DNA of 52,691 nucleotides from a virus (Duplodnaviria; Caudoviricetes): positions 1 through 52,691 of the IMG/VR virus record IMGVR_UViG_3300046467_000501; one strand, written 5' to 3'. Position numbers and translations under genes: made by a program. Below the pieces are notes generated by a model that was not told the DNA's origin, ran no database searches, and was given only the letters and a program-made list of their open reading frames with translations. The stretch's first letter is position 1. Every line of letters begins with the position of its first letter. Shown piece by piece: positions 50,063 to 52,691 of the stretch.

Positions 50063-50097
50063 AAAAAAAAGAGGGCCACCCTTTCGGGTGACCCTCT
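50063..50097 (-). terminator. Rho-independent terminator
   Basis: AGAGGGTCACCC-GAAA-GGGTGGCCCTCT then a T run on the minus strand. Confidence 0.9.
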
Positions 50098-50115
50098 CCT
50101 CTATCCCCCCTCCTC

Positions 50116-50931
50116 TTAGTTGAGTGACAGTGTTTCCTGATTCCTATCTGTCCACGTTCCCGCTTGGGTGACTAGTTCTTTCCCTAGCCTGTGGAATCTG
50201 GACATCGATGTCGGAAGCTCTATGATGTTGCGATCCTTGAGAACCTCAGTGGTGGCGTTATTGAATCCCCACATGGTCGGCTGCTCAAACTCTTCATGAC
50301 TAGGATTCCGGTACTCTTTCAGAATCTTAGGAGCGTAGGCCCATGGGAAAGCGCGAGCATCGCAAAGCCTAACGAGTAGATCGTGGGCCACGTTATTCTC
50401 TAGGCTAGTCTTCTTATAAGACTCGACCAGTTGAGTGTGGTCCGTGTGCGCTTCGTCAATCTCTCCCGCCAACTGATTGAGCCGTGACGGTAGAACCTGA
50501 CGCACGTTTACGCTGTGCTTGTGGCTCGCCTTGAACTCTCCCATGAAATCAAGGTTACTGCAAACCATGACAACGAGTCCCGCCACCATGCCCGCGCTCA
50601 TCGTCTTGTCGTGGCTGTTGCGGATGCCGATAGCCAACTCGTAATCCTCCCCGATGGCTACATCTTCTCTCTGGATTTTCAAGACACCGAATAGCCTTGT
50701 GCTATCGTATCGGATATCCTCCCCGCCAACCTCAACCTTCCCGCTTTCCAAAGCGTAACGCTGTTCGGTAATGTCCCAACCGAATCCGCCAAGCGTTCGG
50801 TTGACCATGTCGAGAAACTCACCATGCGGAAGCGGTATGTGGCTACGCGTTTCCGGCGGTGTCTCTGTCGCTCGCACCTGCTCCTCTGTTACCGTCGTGC
50901 CACCGATGAGCGTCGTTCTCACGTTCGCCAT
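50116..50931 (-). CDS. DUF932-family protein
   Basis: SHIPLPH, IGIRNSHDKT, VMVCSNL, MWGFNNATTE motifs. Confidence 0.8.
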   Translation of the reverse strand: MANVRTTLIGGTTVTEEQVRATETPPETRSHIPLPHGEFLDMVNRTLGGFGWDITEQRYALESGKVEVGGEDIRYDSTRLFGVLKIQREDVAIGEDYELAIGIRNSHDKTMSAGMVAGLVVMVCSNLDFMGEFKASHKHSVNVRQVLPSRLNQLAGEIDEAHTDHTQLVESYKKTSLENNVAHDLLVRLCDARAFPWAYAPKILKEYRNPSHEEFEQPTMWGFNNATTEVLKDRNIIELPTSMSRFHRLGKELVTQAGTWTDRNQETLSLN

Positions 50932-50977
50932 TTTCTTTCTCCTATGTGGGTGAATGGCCGTTCAATTAACTTACACC

Positions 50978-51006
50978 AATCTACAGTGATCGAGTCACAT
51001 TGTCAA
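50978..51006 (-). promoter_or_regulatory. sigma70-like promoter
   Basis: TTGACA-17 nt-TAGATT(GGTGTA). Confidence 0.8.
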
Positions 51007-51062
51007 CCACCATCACCACATTATTTTACCACCATGACCCACACCTATGTTATATTTTTTTA

Positions 51063-51085
51063 GGTACGGGCGTCAGGTACGGGCG
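51063..51085 (+). repeat. GGTACGGGCG dyad
   Basis: Copies at 51063 and 51076, after a T tract. Confidence 0.9.
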
Positions 51086-51112
51086 CGGGACATAAGCCCC
51101 GCGCCCTATCCC

Positions 51113-51337
51113 CTAAGCAGGACGTATCTGATTCCCCCAAGCCCAATGCTCATTGTCTAGATCCACTAACACCTTCCGCTCTACAACAGTGTCCCATCCC
51201 ACAAGCTGTACATCTTCACCATACTTTGAACCATTGGATTCATTAACCTGAATCCCTCTTACCTTGACTAGTTTCTCAGGATCACTGCCCCAACCACCAC
51301 GCCACAAGACCGAGTCCCCTACTTTCAGGTCAGCCAT
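51113..51337 (-). CDS. small beta-barrel (SH3-like) hypothetical protein
   Basis: LKVGDSVLWRGGWGSDP...DLDNEHWAWGNQI; GGAGG RBS. Confidence 0.75.
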   Translation of the reverse strand: MADLKVGDSVLWRGGWGSDPEKLVKVRGIQVNESNGSKYGEDVQLVGWDTVVERKVLVDLDNEHWAWGNQIRPA

Positions 51338-51498
51338 TAACCTGTCACCTCCATTGTCTCATCATCAAAGTCGAACAACTCTTGTGGCGCACGGTGCTGA
51401 CCCAACTCCCTTCTTGCTTCCTCAAGGGCACCATCCTCATCCTCAGCCTCAAGATCAAGTGTACCTGTCCATGTATAGGTGACCTCAAAAGTTTTCAT
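51337..51498 (-). CDS. 53-aa acidic hypothetical protein
   Basis: MKTFEVTYTWTGTLDLEAEDEDGALEEARREL...EVTG; GGAGG RBS, TAATG coupling on both sides. Confidence 0.7.
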   Translation of the reverse strand: MKTFEVTYTWTGTLDLEAEDEDGALEEARRELGQHRAPQELFDFDDETMEVTG

Positions 51499-51686
51499 TA
51501 ACCTGTCACCTCCTTGTGGCGATCTTCAAAGGTTACCATCCAATCCAACAACACCTCTTGCGCCTCGTTAGTACGCAACCCAAACGCACCAGCCACATAC
51601 TGCCCCGCCCCAAACATATTCGTGACACCCGATTCACGCAGGTTGTCCAGATACTCAAAGATCTTTTCCTTTCTAACCTCGTTCAT
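51498..51686 (-). CDS. conserved small phage protein
   Basis: FEYLDNLRESGVTNMFGA..Y....FGL...EA..VL..WM..F; AAGGAG RBS. Confidence 0.8.
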   Translation of the reverse strand: MNEVRKEKIFEYLDNLRESGVTNMFGAGQYVAGAFGLRTNEAQEVLLDWMVTFEDRHKEVTG

Positions 51687-51726
51687 CTGACTAGCTCCTT
51701 ATTGAAAGGGTTGTCTGTCGTACACC

Positions 51727-51755
51727 AATCTATAACAACACTATCACCATGTCAA
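51727..51755 (-). promoter_or_regulatory. sigma70-like promoter
   Basis: TTGACA-17 nt-TAGATT(GGTGTA). Confidence 0.8.
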
Positions 51756-51898
51756 GGTGTGACGTAACTGTTGGCGACCCAGCTAATCTAGAATGCTAAC
51801 CTCGGACCATGACGCCACTTCTCTGCGAAGCTATCGCGGACCTCTCTTTGCCATCGGTTAGTAGCTGGATCGCCTCACAGTTATTTAATAAATTTTTA

Positions 51899-51921
51899 GG
51901 TACGGGCGTTAGGTACGGGCG
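51899..51921 (+). repeat. GGTACGGGCG dyad
   Basis: Copies at 51899 and 51912, after an A/T tract. Confidence 0.9.
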
Positions 51922-51927
51922 TCCATC

Positions 51928-52029
51928 CTATATGATATTTAATCCGAAAAGTAACAGCAGGGTTAGGACGATCACATACACAACCTCAGAGATAACCTCA
52001 CCTATTGTCTGTTTCTTTTTGTACGTCAT
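51928..52029 (-). CDS. 33-aa single-TM peptide
   Basis: MTYKKKQTIGEVISEVVYVIVLTLLLLFGLNII; ATGA coupling to the GP88-like gene. Confidence 0.5.
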   Translation of the reverse strand: MTYKKKQTIGEVISEVVYVIVLTLLLLFGLNII

Positions 52030-52691
52030 ACCACGAAGCCCGACATATCTTTCTTGGCCGAACCCTTAGCAGTTAGGCCGACGATGCACGGCTTCGGATC
52101 TAGGAACCTGAGATCGTGTGTGGTGCCATCAATAACGGGCACACCTAGCCATCCTTTAGGTATCTCGTCCCTAAACACCACGGCCACGTTCATTCCGTCA
52201 TCTATAGCCTTGCACCATTCGTCGTGCGTGGTCGCTTCACTCCGTGAGAAGGTGAGCGAATAGTTTTTCGGTAATCTTTTCCTGTTCTTGATCTTCGTGT
52301 AATCATAGAAGGTCACGTTAGGAAACTGCTCCATGATCCCGGTACGTTCCCACCTGAGATCCGACGTTCCGTTCAGTCTAACACACGGTTTCAGATTGTT
52401 TTTATCCGCCCGCCTCACGATAGACGCAATGTCTTTCGCGAGATCAGCCATAAACCCTGCACGATTCTCAAAAAACATCCTAGTTTTTCTTATTCGTGCC
52501 TCTTGTACCGTGTTCATGCGTCCCCTACCCTGAAAATAGAGACACGCAGTAGAACAACCCTCAGTAGCTGAAGGGCAAACCTGATAACCTGATTGGATGT
52601 GTGGGGCTAGGTGCAGAATGCCCGTGAGATACCCGTAACCTGTAGACTTGGCCGTCTTGGGGTTACTTGCGCCGTCCGTGAGAAGTTTCAT
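52026..52691 (-). CDS. GP88-like protein (radical-SAM-like Cys motif)
   Basis: VCPSATEGCSTACL, VRLNGTSD, FYDYTK, DGTTHDLRFLD...GLTAKG; start codon sits at the window edge. Confidence 0.75.
   Translation of the reverse strand: MKLLTDGASNPKTAKSTGYGYLTGILHLAPHIQSGYQVCPSATEGCSTACLYFQGRGRMNTVQEARIRKTRMFFENRAGFMADLAKDIASIVRRADKNNLKPCVRLNGTSDLRWERTGIMEQFPNVTFYDYTKIKNRKRLPKNYSLTFSRSEATTHDEWCKAIDDGMNVAVVFRDEIPKGWLGVPVIDGTTHDLRFLDPKPCIVGLTAKGSAKKDMSGFVV

Noticed and set aside
47999-51921. Hairpin elements or GGTACGGGCG dyads as a CRISPR array
   Set aside because: Repeats are not identical 25-40-mers with uniform spacers; the intervals are genes or 3 nt; no cas operon.
1-52691. Complete circular genome, prophage boundaries, tRNAs, host assignment
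   Set aside because: The ends do not overlap; I saw no integrase, att site, host genes or tRNA cloverleaf; nothing in the sequence fixes the host.

Overview
The window is most of the genome of a tailed dsDNA phage, probably short-tailed. It is not a complete genome: it opens mid-ORF and ends on a start codon. From left to right it holds: small plus-strand genes (1-1235); a minus-strand recombination/regulation block (ParB-like, RHH, SSB-like, Sak3/DUF1071 annealase, PD-(D/E)XK exonuclease; 1387-6614); a plus-strand RusA-like resolvase and T7 gp4/Twinkle-like primase-helicase (6681-8850); one long minus-strand late region (47201 to 9330: terminase, portal, GroES, scaffold, major capsid, adaptors, tail fibre, nozzle, four large internal/ejection proteins including a 2731-aa LPD38-type protein, then holin, M15 endolysin and a spanin-like gene); and an accessory region (47546-52691; WYL, Zn-finger, DUF932, GP88-like, many tiny ORFs). 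I found no integrase, DNA polymerase, tRNA or CRISPR array. The strongest unexplained signals are: (i) a WYL-headed run of small genes, each separated by a conserved G/C hairpin with a 5-nt loop and no U-tract; (ii) four polar dyads of GGTACGGGCG next to A/T tracts; (iii) a candidate ~105-nt small RNA with its own promoter and an anti-Shine-Dalgarno loop; (iv) a shared x-x-x-G-G motif recurring about 20 times in four late proteins; (v) an orphan duplicated tail-fibre tip with its own chaperone-like gene. All family calls are by eye from motifs; no searches were run.
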